From the NCBI RefSeq assembly GCF_006345805.1, contig NC_043008.1:54002001-54066000 (forward strand): 64,000 nt of DNA, in the 5' to 3' direction. The notes beneath the pieces were generated by a model. The model saw only the letters and a list, made by a program, of their open reading frames with translations, did no database searches and was not told where the DNA came from. This document shows positions 39,843 to 53,665 of the stretch, one piece after another. Position 1 is the stretch's first letter; every line of letters starts with the position of its first letter. Origin of the DNA: Octopus sinensis (lineage: Eukaryota). Made by a program: the position numbers and the translations under genes.

Positions 39843-40043
39843 CTGTGTGTCTGTGTTTGTCCCCCAACATCGCTTGACACCCGATGTTGGTGTGTTTACG
39901 TCCCCGTAACTAGCGGTTCGGCAAAAGAGACCGATGGAATAAGTACTAGGCTTACAAAGAATAAGTCCCGGGGTCGATTTGCTCGGCTAAAGGCTCCTGC
40001 ATGGCCGCAGTCAAATGACTGAAACAAGTAAAAGGGTAAAGAG
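39643..40043 (+). mobile_element. Full-length S3 SINE
   Basis: GTGGCTGTGTGGTAAGTAGC..GGGTTCAGTCCC..internal (AT)(GT)..GCAGTCAAATGACTGAAACAAGTAAAAG. Confidence 0.9.
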
Positions 40044-40134
40044 TATATGTGTACAGTTTTGAAGATGTCCTTCCCTGATTTACTAAGCCTACCTAAGGGA
40101 ACATGATTCCAGTATCATTATTATTTTTTGTAGT

Positions 40135-40263
40135 CCACTGAGGTTGACTTTGCCTTTCATCCTTTCGTGGTCGATAAATTAAGTACCAGTTACGTACTGG
40201 GGTCGATCTAATCGACTGGCCCCCTTCCCAAGAATTTCGGTCCTGTGCCTAGAGTAGAAAAGG
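40135..40263 (+). mobile_element. 5'-truncated S1 SINE (B tail) with TTATTATTTTTGT-like TSD
   Basis: The core and tail match the family, and the duplicated flank is visible. Confidence 0.8.
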
Positions 40264-41338
40264 TTATTATTTTTGTCGCAAAAACATAATGTTCTAGGCA
40301 TAGAGAAATGATTTTACAGACAGAACTACTAGGAAACCACGAAGCTTCATGTTTTTTCAGTTCATCTTGTTAAAACTGGTGAAATAAGACGAAGATTTTT
40401 TTCCTTCTGCGAGAATTTTGGCTTTTGAAATTAGTATGTATCTGCAGGCTGTTGATAAAGGAATGCTAGCTGTTGTAGACCGTAGTGATATTAGCTATAT
40501 GTCATCAACTAATGTAGGTAATGAATAAAACCTCGTTGACAATATCTATAAATTTCCCGCCAGTGCGTTCTGCTTCCCTGTGAAGTTCCCATACATCACT
40601 ATATTTTATTTACAAACGAACGAGACAACCGCAATGTTGTCAATCGACTCACAAAATAAAAACCAACCAAACTTCGTTCAAACTGTATATTACGGGCTTT
40701 AATAAAGGATTATTTGACTATGTATTTCCTCACAAGTGTGAGGGTATTCACCTTGGAACATCATTGATCATAGGTCTACTCGATCATAGACAACATGGCA
40801 CCAAGTACACTTCTCGAAAATAACAACTGCACTTGTCAGACAGCATTTCAGAGCTACTGCATGTGGATATGATGGACATTGTTTAAAATCCTGAATCTGA
40901 TCACTCAGTCAATTAATCAATCATCAATCAAATTGTATGACCTCTTCAGAAGAAATTTAGCCCGTTGAAGAAAGCAGAGCTGTAATTGATTAAATCTTGT
41001 TTCTAATCATTATCAAAATGCTATTTCTATGCCAATATAATGCTATGAGATTCTTTGTTGTTAAGAAGAAAAACAATTTGTAGAATCTTACCGGGTAATA
41101 TTCGTTACAAATTGCACAAACTCAAGATATTTTAGGATTCAGGAGAGACCTTAGTTGATTATGTCTAGAAATTCAGGATATTAGTAGTGAAGAAATCAAA
41201 CCCGACAGAACTTCATAGCCAGTAGGATCGGCAATGGGAGCTTTCTCGATCAAATCAAACTTGAGTGAGAAAAAGGATATATTATATCTAGCGGAAAAAC
41301 TCATTTCATAACAATTTGATACGCTGCACATTTTCATA

Positions 41339-41387
<49 letters not shown>

Positions 41388-42319
41388 TTTGGTGTTTGAT
41401 ATACGTTTCTCAGGATCAAAGAGTTCACAAGGGAAATCAACGTTAAAGTCTAAGAAAATCGCGCATGCCTACTGATTTATATAATAATGATGATATTGGG
41501 TTGCTTAATAATAAAGCTATATATATTTAGCTTACAGACCAGAGAGAGACTAAGTTCAATTCTTTGTCTTTTCATCAACAGAGGCAACCATTAATAGTTA
41601 ATCAGCCATATTAAATACAAGAGATGAGGAAATAACGGTCGTGGTTTTCATGGTTGCAGAGAAAGCATTATAAATGGAATAAAGTTCCTTCAATTGAGAG
41701 TCGAAACTGAGTTAAAAAAAAATTTTACATATGATCCAGACAATGTATAACATTTTTTTTTTTGTTATATATAAAATGTCATTAAAGTATTTTATCACAA
41801 AGTGGGCAGAACTGCAAGCATGTATCTTACTATTTTCACTTCTTTCCTCTTTATTAATTTCAGTCACTGAACTGTGACTATATTAGAGACGACTTCAACG
41901 GTTTTCTGTTTTTGGTTTGTTTTATGGGACCGAAGTGTCAAGTAGATTACATAAGATCCGTGACCTAGTTGTTACATAACCTGGCTCCCGATCATGAGGT
42001 CATGGATTCGATTCCGGATCCGGGAAGCACATAATTTGCTTAATCAAGATACTTTTCTTCACATATCTCTTGTCCACTCAACCAGAAAAAAGATAAGTTC
42101 TAAGACAGACAAAGCGCAAGTCGGAGTCAAGTAAGCGCAGCAGCGTTAACGAGTCAGTGGTCCATTTCAAATCTCAGATATATAAATATGTGTGTGTATG
42201 TAAGTCTGTGTGTTTTCATGTGTGTATACTCACATATGTGTGTATGCATATGTATGTGTATATATATATATATATATATACATATATATATACATATATA
42301 TATATATACATATATATAT

Positions 42320-42357
<38 letters not shown>

Positions 42358-42359
<2 letters not shown>

Positions 42360-42527
42360 AGTCGCAATGACCTAGTCGTTAGGGCAGCGGACTCGCGGTT
42401 GTAGGATCGCGGTTTCGATTCCCAGTTGTGTGTGTTTATTGAGCGAAAATACCTAAAAACCTCCACGAGGCTCCGGCAGGGGGTGGTGGCGATCCTGCTG
42501 TATTCTTTCACCACAACTTCCTCTCAC
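42358..42527 (+). mobile_element. 3'-truncated S2 SINE
   Basis: GGAGTCGCAATGACCTAGTCGTTAGGGCAGCGGACTCGCGG head. Confidence 0.85.
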
Positions 42528-42556
42528 TGTTGGCCTGGTCGGTCACGGTGATCACG

Positions 42557-42641
<85 letters not shown>

Positions 42642-43399
42642 TCATACATATATATATATACACATACATACATATATATACACATACATATATAGTATTT
42701 ACATAGAATATTTGTCTTATTTTTATTTACATTCTGTAATATATTGCAGAGTAAACTCCTTTTCTCCCTCTCCCTCCCTCCCTCCCTTTCTCTCTCTTAC
42801 ACGCTGTCTTTCAACTTACACGCGCAACACGCGCGCAGGCACACACTCACATATTTTGCTGTAAATGCTTACGTATTTGCATGTGTAGACCTATATAATG
42901 CATTTTTACATTCGATATTTTTTTTCATATATTTCATCATTAAATAATTCATGGTTAATTTGGATAATAAAATACGTCTGTGTGATTTATGATTCTAAAT
43001 TGCCAAAATAAAACCCAATGAATATCCATTTTTTCTCCCGTTTATCTTAAAGTGCAAGATGTTGATTTTTTGCCTTTTACGGCAACATGAAACAAAAAGA
43101 ATTTTAGTTATTTATTTATTTAAAAGCTATTATTATATTAGATACACGTCATATATTTTGAAGTAATTAATATGAGAGTCTATCTTCGAATGATCTTTAG
43201 TTGCTTAGTTACCCATTCTTGTATATTAGCTAAAGCGAACATAAAGTGGATCGAGAGGGTTTATGGTAAATTTAGACGTTGTCTTTTTTTTCACCTTATT
43301 AATTTTCTTATTAGTATCAGTTCAAGTCTGCTTCGGGCTTACGGGATAATGCGATCGAAACTCATCCGGGTTTTCAAGGCGTTTAGGCTTAAAAATATT

Positions 43400-43910
43400 T
43401 CCTGAACGGGACGCCAGTCCATTGCATGTTTAACCCCAAGATATCTCTGTTACTCCTTTTCAGCTTAGCGTACTGGAGCAACGTGAAACGAAGTCTTTTG
43501 TTTAAGGAAACAACGTGTCGCCATACTGGGGCAACGTGAAACGAAGTCTTTTGTTTAAGGAAACAACGTGTCGCCATACTGGAGCAACGTGAAACGAAGT
43601 CTTTTGTTTAAGGAAACAACGTGTCGCCATACTGGAGCAACGTGAAACGAAGTCTTTTGTTTAAGGAAACAACATGTCGCCATACTGGGGCAACGTGAAA
43701 CGAAGTCTTTTGTTTAAGGAAACAACGTGTCGCCATACTGGGGCAACGTGAAACGAAGTCTTTTGTTTAAGGAAACAACGTGTCGCCATACTGGGGCAAC
43801 GTGAAACGAAGTCTTTTGTTTAAGGAAACAACGCGTCGCCCGGTTCGAAAATCGAACCCACGACTTAACGATCATGTTCAGCACCCGTTAACAACTAGGC
43901 TACGCGCTCT
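43400..43910 (-). mobile_element. S4-type SINE whose core has been amplified in tandem
   Basis: tRNA-like head (reverse complement) at about 43840-43910. Core ACTGGAGCAACGTGAAA..AAGGAAACAAC as at 62300-62340 and 31140. Confidence 0.8.
43472..43840. repeat. Tandem array of 7 x 53 bp
   Basis: Units start at 43472, 43525, 43578, 43631, 43684, 43737 and 43790. No unique spacers. Confidence 0.98.
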
Positions 43911-44365
43911 AAGAGCGTCACTTTATTTTTTAAATTCACTGACTAGCTAAGGAGTAGGGATGTGCGTGTTCACTGCACCTTCTAAATAGTCAGCTAAATT
44001 TCCCCCAAGTAACACCACCCTTTTAGAAAATGAAGAACACATTGGATTTTATATAACTAGAAAATCCTTTCCATTTCTCCCTCAGACTTCGCGCATGGTT
44101 GAAAGAAAAGTACAGACAAATGGACACAGCTGGAATGTCTGTGATTACATGTTTCCTCATAGAAAGATGTCCAGTAAATAGATGGCCTCAAATTCACTGC
44201 TACTTTAAGCCTCACTTCAATATATATATCACCCATTTCATATCGATTATATTTTTGTATCATTGGAATATATTTGAAATAATAGAATTTCTTTAGAGGA
44301 ATATTCCTTTCTCGTTTAATAATCTTACACACACACACACACTCACACACACATACACACACACA

Positions 44366-44448
<83 letters not shown>

Positions 44449-46563
44449 CACACAGAAACGTATGTGCGCATGTGTGTGAGCGTGTGTGTGTACGCGGGCG
44501 CGCGGGCGTGTGTGTGTATCTAATTGTGCTTGCATCTGACGCTCAATGACGAACGGTTGTGTGAGTAAGAGCTTTTCTTCGCAACTACATATATTGAGGT
44601 TCGATCCCAACGGGCAGTATCTTGGGCTGGTGCCTGCTGCTATAGCCATAACGTTGTCTGAACGCTTTCTGTAGTGCCAGAACATCACGAGTTATCTGTT
44701 TTGTCTCGTATTGTAATTATTGCACTACTTACTATAGTATATGAGCCAGCGACATTTTCGTCCCTAGAGTGATCTTTCTATCCGACAGTCTCCAACACAA
44801 TACTTTGCAAATTGCGAAATAAAGCTGCACTTTTAATGGTTATCGATACTTCTGTCAAGTGACGATAAGCAGATAAAAAAAAATAATGAGTTGATGCGAA
44901 ATGACAGAAGTCAAGTCCCAAGACAGAACGACTTATTAATTGCAGAGTTTATTATACTACCAGTCTAATATCAATATTCAGCGATCTTTCGACGATCTTT
45001 GATTTTTTTGTCTTTCTATTAATTCCTCGACTTACTAGTGCTTACTATGAGACAAACAAGAAAATGAAGACTAATGCAGCTTGATAGCTAACTCCTACAT
45101 TAAATCAACATTCCAGTTAAGTGTTTGTTATTACCTCTTTCCTTGACAGATACGATAGATTAATAATAATGCGTTGGGAGAAAACTGCATCAATTAAATT
45201 GATAAATTCATGTCTTCCTTCAAATTATCTGTCCAAACAAATATGATTTCTTTTACTGACACGAGTTTATTCACTTAGAGAAGTTGCTAATGGGGGAGAT
45301 TAAGGAAGGCGTTTAATCGATTGAATTGACCGATCCATAACATCGTTTGCATGCATTTGGTTAACCCTAGAGAGTTGACGACAGACAGAGAATAGAAACA
45401 TGAACAAGTCGTTAATGGAGAAGATAAAAGGAGGGAAAGACCAAATACAGTTGTTTTACAATCTATGTCAATTCACTGGCAATATATTTTTTAAAAGAAA
45501 GTGCGATATTTAAGCTTCATAATTATGCTTGATATTATAGATTGATATTCTAACTTCATAAACTATGGACGCTGAATCCATCGTTCACAGCTGTTCTTAT
45601 ATTTAAACAAAAAATAATAAATTTTCTGATGTATGCGAAGCTTTGCCAATAGTCACAGTGGTGCGATTTTCATACACGTTGTCTTCGAGAGAATTTCTCT
45701 CCCAGGGCACTTTTCGCAGAGAAGGTCTTTATACGTTTAAGTGAACACGAAAATCTTAAATACGCACATATTTTAAACATTACTTCTTAGTGGGCCTCGG
45801 ATTAATAAATTCCAACTTAAGAGAGCTTTTTCACGCATCACTAAATCTGTTATTTAGTTCGGAAATTTAAGAACATCAGTTCTTATCAGGCTATGAACGA
45901 TGGATTCAGTGTCTGCAGCTGATGAAGTGTAACGAAACAGAAACAAGTGTCCTACTGTCCGATGACACCATTCATCGCCCAGCTGAATATTTTCCCACAA
46001 ATAATTTGTAACGAAATTTCTCTCTCAAGACAGTTTCCACAACAAACGTCATTCCGTATTTGAATGAACACTAATATATTAAATATAATCGTGCACACCT
46101 ATACTTTAAGTACCATTAGTATACCTGTATTTTTAAACATCGACACAAACCTCGATACAAATTTTGTTCTCAATCGAGAATGAAAATGATATTGCGACAT
46201 ATGCTTAAAGAAAGTATGCATTTTTATAATGAAAATTATATAATTATATAATGAATTATGTAATTAATGAATTATATGATTATTTAATTATATAATGAAA
46301 ATTATATGATTATACATAATGTTGATAAAGAAGTACAGTATTACATTGGTTCTGTTATTCATTTGAATATTTTTAATTTATCTTCAATTTTATCCCTTTC
46401 GGGGCAATGAATGGCTCAAGTGTCTATAAGCTCGCTCTACATATTAGAAATAGCAAAGAAATCGCCTTCAAAGACATTCTGTCTTATCAAATGGACAGGT
46501 ATTAGATATTTTCGTCTATTGGGTGTTGCAGCACGCCCAATACGACAAACACCATGTACCATT

Positions 46564-46965
46564 GCTAAATAACAGTAACATTCGTTCTAACCAGGACTGC
46601 CACATTATGTTGGCAAATAAACTTTACTCTAGAGTACTATTACTGAATGTTTCTCGTTGAGAGATTTAGAAATAATTTTTCTATTTATTAGATCAGTGTC
46701 TGTGTGTCACTTTAAAAATTGTAAATTTCGAATTAGAGTTTAGCAGTGCCATCTCTAGCCAAGCTAGCTGTCGAAGGGAAATAACCCAGAAACCGCGGTA
46801 CGCAGATACTGCTTTGTGCTGAGAGGGGACGTTAAACTCCTTTATTGGAAAATAAGGATACGGATAGTGGGTCGTACAGTCAGCTGAAGACGATGTTTCC
46901 TGGGGCTAAATAACAGTAACATTCATCCTAACCAGGACTGCTACATTATGTTGACAAATAATCTT

Positions 46966-46970
<5 letters not shown>
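46564..46970 (+). repeat. About 66-bp direct repeat (46564-46630 and 46905-46970)
   Basis: GCTAAATAACAGTAACATTC..AACCAGGACTGC..ACATTATGTTG..CAAATAA occurs twice. Confidence 0.9.
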
Positions 46971-47015
<45 letters not shown>

Positions 47016-47326
47016 CTCTCTCCCCTCTCTCCTCTCTCCTCATCTCTCCTCTCTCTCTCTCTCTCTGTCTCTGTGTGTGTGTGTGCGTGTGAAAATTTAT
47101 ATCAACACAAAATTTTCAAGGTAATCTAAAATGGTGAAATTCTAACAGAACATCTAAAAACACACTAACAAAAAGAAACATCAAACCAAATTTAACTTTA
47201 GACTTTCATTCAATCAAGAGCAACGTCATTGAATAACTGATTTAGTTTATGAAAATAAAATATTAAAAAATACCATACTAACTCGCTATTTTCTGACAAT
47301 TTGAAATCTACATAAAGAAAAACCTA

Positions 47327-47489
47327 CAGGAGTGGCTGTGTGGTAAGTAGCTTGCTAACCAACTACATGGTACCGGGTTCAGTCCCACTGCGCGGCATCT
47401 TGGGCAAGTGTCTTCTGCTATAGCCCCGGGCCGACCAATGCCTTGTGAGTGGATTTGGTAGACGGAAACTGAAAGAAGCCTGTCGTATC

Positions 47490-47568
<79 letters not shown>

Positions 47569-47780
47569 TTGTGTGTCTGTGTTTGTCCCCCTAGCATTGC
47601 TTGACAGCCGATGCAGGTGTTTACGTCCCCGTCACTTAGCGGTTCGGCAAAATAGACCGATAGAATAAGTACTGGGCTTACAAAGAATAAGCCCCGGGGT
47701 CGATTTGCTCGACTAAAGGCGGTGATCCAGCATGGCCGCAGTCAAATGACTGAAACAAGTAAAAAGAGTAAAAAGAGAGT
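47327..47780 (+). mobile_element. Full-length S3 SINE
   Basis: Same head, internal microsatellite and tail as 39643. Confidence 0.9.
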
Positions 47781-48531
47781 AGTAAACAAGTATATTTACC
47801 TACTAAAATTGATGATGTCAATGCATATTTAAAGAACAAAACTGCAGACAAGAACTCTACGTTATGCTTCAAAGATAACCAAAGAATAAAAACTACAGAT
47901 AATAATTCAACGTAATGCTTAATAGAAACTTACACACTTCACGTCACAATGATTGATTACCCATTTATTTATTTATTGAATATAATAAACCCTTCTATAG
48001 GAATTATATTTCATGATTATATTTCATGATAATTGAAGAATTATCATATTCAACAGCATATACAACCACCGTGGGTCTTACTGGTTAATTAAAAAATAAA
48101 AATTACAGAAAAGACAACGAAATATCTATTTATTCAATATGATAAACTCTTATATAGGAATTAACCTTATTATGTAATAAATGAAAAATATTATAATAAA
48201 TACTAATATATACAATTATTGATGACTATGCTAGATAAAAAAAGAATAAAAATAACGCGTAAATACCTATTTATTTTTATATTATACTCTATTAAAGGAA
48301 TTAAAATTATTATATAATAATTGAAAAATTACTATAATTAATAATATATACAATTCTTGATGATCTCGGTGGATAATTAAAAGAAAAAGAATTATAGATA
48401 AGAATTCTACATTATTCTTAATTAAAGCTTAGATACTTTACATCGCTATAACTAATTACTTACTCATTATATTAAGCACCTTAATAATAATAGACCTTAT
48501 TATATAATGATTATTTAAAAGGCTACTATAA

Positions 48532-48949
48532 TTAATAACTGAAATATTTGAATGTCTTTCTAAATTTATGGCAACATTTTACAGTTAAGTTCCCATTAAA
48601 ATTCAATAAAACTAATTTAGAAGTAATTATAAAATATATTTCTTCGAGGCAAAGATCACAAGTAGAATTATCAATGTTAAACGATGGTGCATAACTAATA
48701 ATGGACCACTTTAAATCATGCTTAAAATTCTTATCCTTTAAATTCCAAATGCATTTACGAAGATTAGTAGAATTACTTCTTCTATATTTAAAGGAATTAG
48801 GATGATTATAAAATCTAGGTTTCCACAAGTAGCAGAAGAACCAATATACCAATACTTACGATGTCTAGTTATTACTTCACATTGATATACTATATTCTTC
48901 TTTAAAAACTGATTTTCTAAAGGGCATCGGTTTTATCTACACAATTACA
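48532..48949 (-). mobile_element. Penelope-like element remnant: GIY-YIG endonuclease
   Basis: Across two frameshifts: CNCVDKT/CPLENQFLKKNIVYQCEV..WYIGSS/WKPRFYNH..F..NSTNL..CIWNLKDK..KWSII..APSF..CDLCLEE..LLN..CCH. This is the typical order of PLE GIY-YIG motifs. Confidence 0.85.
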
Positions 48950-49196
48950 CATTGATTTATTCCCTTCTAAACTGCATTCATAGTTATAGGAATTTCTATT
49001 AGCGTATGTCTGTAAAATAAGTGTTAAGGTTGAATTATAATTATCATTATTATTAGAATTAATATTAATACAATACAAAAGACTAACTATAAAAAAGAGC
49101 TTTGTTAAGTTACGTCGGAGCAGTGCGAGAAGGTAAAAAGCAAACTAAAAGATAAAAAGGAAAAGAAAACAAAACAAGCTTGCAGTTTTACTTCGT

Positions 49197-49237
49197 ATTT
49201 CTATATTTAGGGGTTATGACCTCTTCTTCAGGACATT
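49197..49237 (-). ncRNA. Highly degenerate minimal hammerhead-like motif beside the Penelope remnant
   Basis: Reverse strand ATGTC-CTGAAGA-A-GAGG-TCATAAC-CCCC-TAAA-TATA-GAAAT. Three substitutions are needed to reach the canonical fold. Confidence 0.3.
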
Positions 49238-49539
49238 TTGGAAAAAGCGATCGTTGGAAAAGTCATTGCTCTTGATAAACCTCTGCCGCAAATGTTTAAT
49301 GCGACTTCATTTTGTCCCTTATGCAACGCTCACAAACCAGATGTGACATTTTTTCCTCTTCATTAATAGAGTATAAGTTATATTTTCCATATCTACCATC
49401 TCTGGAGAACACGTGTATTTAGATAACCATTCTGTAATCTAATATCCTATTACCTAATACTCAGCACAAACCAGAATGGTAAGATCGGCTGAAATGGATC
49501 TGTGTCAAGGTATACTTTAATCGATGTACACAGATATGT

Positions 49540-49547
49540 GTATATAA

Positions 49548-49630
<83 letters not shown>

Positions 49631-49940
49631 CATATATGTATGTATATATATATGTATGTATAGAATCGTCCGGAGATACAAAAATATTCCCAAGTTACGA
49701 AAGTACAAAATCTAGAATCGTGAGATAATGATATAATCTACTAATTGATAAAACAATGTTTACTGAGACATAATAAATTAGGTGTAGGTGACAAAAGACA
49801 ATTAAGATTTTAATTATGTATCAAGTTTTTATGACACCTAGAGTGGATACTCTGCAATACCTGTTTATCGTTAATGGGCCGCTTGTGGTTTGAGGCAACT
49901 ATATTTAGCCGGAATCGAAGTTAATGGATGTTTGTGTATG

Positions 49941-49976
<36 letters not shown>

Positions 49977-50036
49977 TATGTATTTGTATCTGTATATATA
50001 TACACAAATACATATACATACATACATACATATATA

Positions 50037-50072
<36 letters not shown>

Positions 50073-50114
50073 TACAATACATATACATACATACATACAT
50101 ACATACATACATTA

Positions 50115-50183
<69 letters not shown>

Positions 50184-50209
50184 CATACATATATATATAT
50201 AATATATAT

Positions 50210-50248
<39 letters not shown>

Positions 50249-50260
50249 CACATATATATA

Positions 50261-50330
<70 letters not shown>
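49540..50330. repeat. (TA)n and (TATG)/(CATA) microsatellite fields
   Basis: Directly visible. Confidence 0.95.
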
Positions 50331-50331
<1 letters not shown>

Positions 50332-51521
50332 GGTTTCTAATTGTTTGTTTTTTTCACTTAGCTAATAATAGGTAATAAAATTTCTGAAACATAGGCACAA
50401 CTGCATATAGAACAAGAGGAACTAGAATCTGTTCATCTTCTATTGAGGTAGATACAAAGTCATAAATATTAGAGGAGGAAGAGGAAGACCAGGTGGTGGT
50501 GAAAGAGGAAGAGGCAGTCGACGAGGAGGAGGACGATGAGGAGGAGAAAAAACGAGTGGAGACTAATTAAACGTTGTATAAAACTCAGTATTTGTCTAGC
50601 TGTTCCCAAGCTAAGAAGGGAAAGAGAGTTTAGTGGATAGATTCTCTACAAATAGCAGCCAAAGCTTCCACAAAACCATGCTCCATTGTCTTAAAAATAA
50701 ATTCCAAATTGTACTTTACAGTGGCAAGAAACTCTCAAGAGAGCTGAACAGCACAACGTCTTCAGAGAAGAAACCCTTCTCAGGGAAGTGTTTCGGCCCT
50801 TAACTTCTTACATTTTCAGGGGGCGGGTCGCATTCAGGTCATCACTACAGATTGCCCTTCTGCTGACACTCTTTAGCCAATTGGATATTGCAGACTTGTG
50901 CGTTTAAACTGTTTGGAGATTTTATAGAGTTGTAACTCTTCTCAAGTTAACTCAGCTTTCAAACTTATTACACTTAAAGAAGAAATAAACGTTAGTTGTC
51001 ATGGAAGCGGTGAAACGTCAACGCTATCATAATGACACACTTAGAGTTACTTCCCTTGGCATTAAAATACAAAAAATATCGCCTTCAACCGATATGGGAG
51101 TCGTTTTTGTTCGTCCCCGAAAAAAAGACCTCAATACACTACATAAGGAAAAACAAACGTGATAGTCTCTGAATGGCTAGAGAACTTCTGATCAATGGCC
51201 TATTGTGTAAGAATTGAACTTATGCCAAACAAAATCGGGAACAACTAGGTATAGGTCTTTTGCAACACTTTTACACAAGTTCTGGCAACACTGCAGGTGT
51301 GTATCAAGATTATATTAAATATCAAAAAAATAATTATACTTCGATAAAAATTCATAGCTTGTAAGTAGTCATGCGCATAAATTTAAATAGTTGTTAGCAA
51401 GAATTAAATTTTGGGGAATAGCCCTTTAAAATGAATAAATTTACAATAATTACCATTTTCTTTCGTCTTCAAGGCAGGAAACCTAAATATTCTTTACTTA
51501 CTTTTCTTCTTTTCAATTTAG

Positions 51522-51646
51522 ATCTAAATTCATTTTCTGGATGTTGCGGGTCGAAGCTTATACCACGTGACGATTTCCTTCCTGTACCTACCTTTGCTGA
51601 TAGGAGAGCTCCCGGCGAACTTCTCCATGTGGAAATCGAGTTCTGA
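51522..51646 (+). CDS. Candidate terminal coding exon of an unidentified host gene: (D)LNSFSGCCGSKLIPRDDFLPVPTFADRRAPGELLHVEIEF*
   Basis: Strong acceptor CTTTTCTTCTTTTCAATTTAG. Locally raised GC with GC1>GC2>GC3 (25, 18 and 15 of 41 codons by hand count). No homology recognised. Confidence 0.3.
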
Positions 51647-51759
51647 ACAATAATTGCATCGTATATTTTTAAAGTAAATCAATATTTACTTGCAAAAATA
51701 TGTTTTGTAATACATAGAATCGAAACACACACACACACACACACACCACATATATATAT

Positions 51760-51815
<56 letters not shown>

Positions 51816-52182
51816 GCATGTGTATGTGTATGTGAGTGTGTGGGTGTGTAAGTATGCATGTTTATACTATCATATATGTAAATATATATATGTAATATAT
51901 AACCGCTATAATAAGCGTAAACATATCTGTATATAAATGCCTAAACGTTTAATATATATTTATAATTAATGTTCATATATACATGCATAGATTTAAATAC
52001 ATAATCACTCATAATTACTCATACACGTATGCAAACGCCATACGTTTGCGTGGCAGCTTATATTCTACATGTGTGTGTGTGTTTCTCTGTGTGTGTGTGT
52101 ACAGGAGAACGTGTGTGCGCGCGCGTGCGTGTGTGGTGTATATATATATATATACGTGCGCTTGTGTATGTACGTGTATATG

Positions 52183-52215
<33 letters not shown>

Positions 52216-52495
52216 ATATACATATATATATGTACAGATATATATGCATCAATATATATATATATATATGCGTGTTTGTGAGTGTTTGTGTGTGTACGTG
52301 TGTATGTTGCATTTATTTATATAAGTATATATGAATAATATGTGTAAACAAAGGTATATATATATATAAATGCCGTCTCAGTGGTTATAGGCACATCCGT
52401 ATCCGTGTATACATATACACATGTATATATCCATAAGTATGTACACATATAAATATAACACACATGTATATATCCATAAGTGTAACTATATATCT

Positions 52496-52566
<71 letters not shown>

Positions 52567-52575
52567 ATATGTATG

Positions 52576-52606
<31 letters not shown>

Positions 52607-53329
52607 TATATCGTGTCGTAATGGCTGTAGATAAACATCAACTTAAAAGTTAATGAAAATGTATTTTGTGTTCGTTTTTAATTTATGGTCTGCCGTGTCA
52701 AGTTAATGAAAAATAAAAATCTATGAATATAAACGTTAATAAAACTTACTTTCAGATATTGAATTTTTCTCCATACCTCCACATATGTATACACACACAC
52801 AAACACATACACAAAATCACACACGCACACACACAAATACACACGCACGCACACGCATATACACACATGTACTTACATTACAGCTTAATTTCTTTTAAAT
52901 GGTACTTACAGCGGTATTTTCATTTTCATATCGACTAAGAACGAATAGAGTCTCCGTTGCTATTTTTGAGACGTTATATTGCATGACCTCCAACTATCCC
53001 ACCTCCCTCGCGGCCATTGCCGTCGTCACCACCAAATTTTGCTATTGGTAGTTTCTCATACTTACAGTTCCTTATGTAATGTAAAATATATAATACCATA
53101 TTGCGTATTAGGAGCTGTTTTCATATTTCGTTATAAATTTCATCCTTTAATGTATATTCTCTTTGTTTTTTGCTTTTATTTGGTGGGGGTCTTTTTCTTA
53201 GACATTTGTAATGTCTAGAATCCCCACCTGAGACGTATGAACGTTCTTTTTACTTTCGTTTTCTCTAAAGTACAGGATCACTTGACAAAGAAATAATATA
53301 TATACGCGCATAGAGACAGATACACACAG

Positions 53330-53346
53330 ATAGCTAGCTAGCTAGC

Positions 53347-53427
<81 letters not shown>

Positions 53428-53449
53428 GAATAGATGAATAGATAGATAG

Positions 53450-53524
<75 letters not shown>

Positions 53525-53634
53525 CAGACAGACAAATAGACCGACAGGCACACTGATACATACATACATACATACACACATACATACACACACACACACA
53601 CATACATACATACATACATACATACATACATACA

Positions 53635-53660
<26 letters not shown>
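53330..53660. repeat. (GATA)/(GACA)/(CATA) microsatellite
   Basis: Directly visible. Confidence 0.97.

Positions 53661-53665
<5 letters not shown>

Noticed and set aside
43472-43840. CRISPR array
   Set aside because: The units are contiguous with no unique spacers, there are no cas genes, and the unit is a SINE core in eukaryotic DNA.
44086-44296. ORF following a strong acceptor (CCTTTCCATTTCTCCCTCAG)
   Set aside because: Two frames are open for 30 or more codons, the donor is ambiguous and no homology is recognised, so no call can be made.
45910-45950. CTGATGAAGTGTAACGAAAC hammerhead-like string, plus a 20-bp inverted repeat (about 45570/45895)
   Set aside because: Stem II is only 2 bp and there is no U16.1 or stem I. 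The short inverted repeat alone has no TIR/TSD context.
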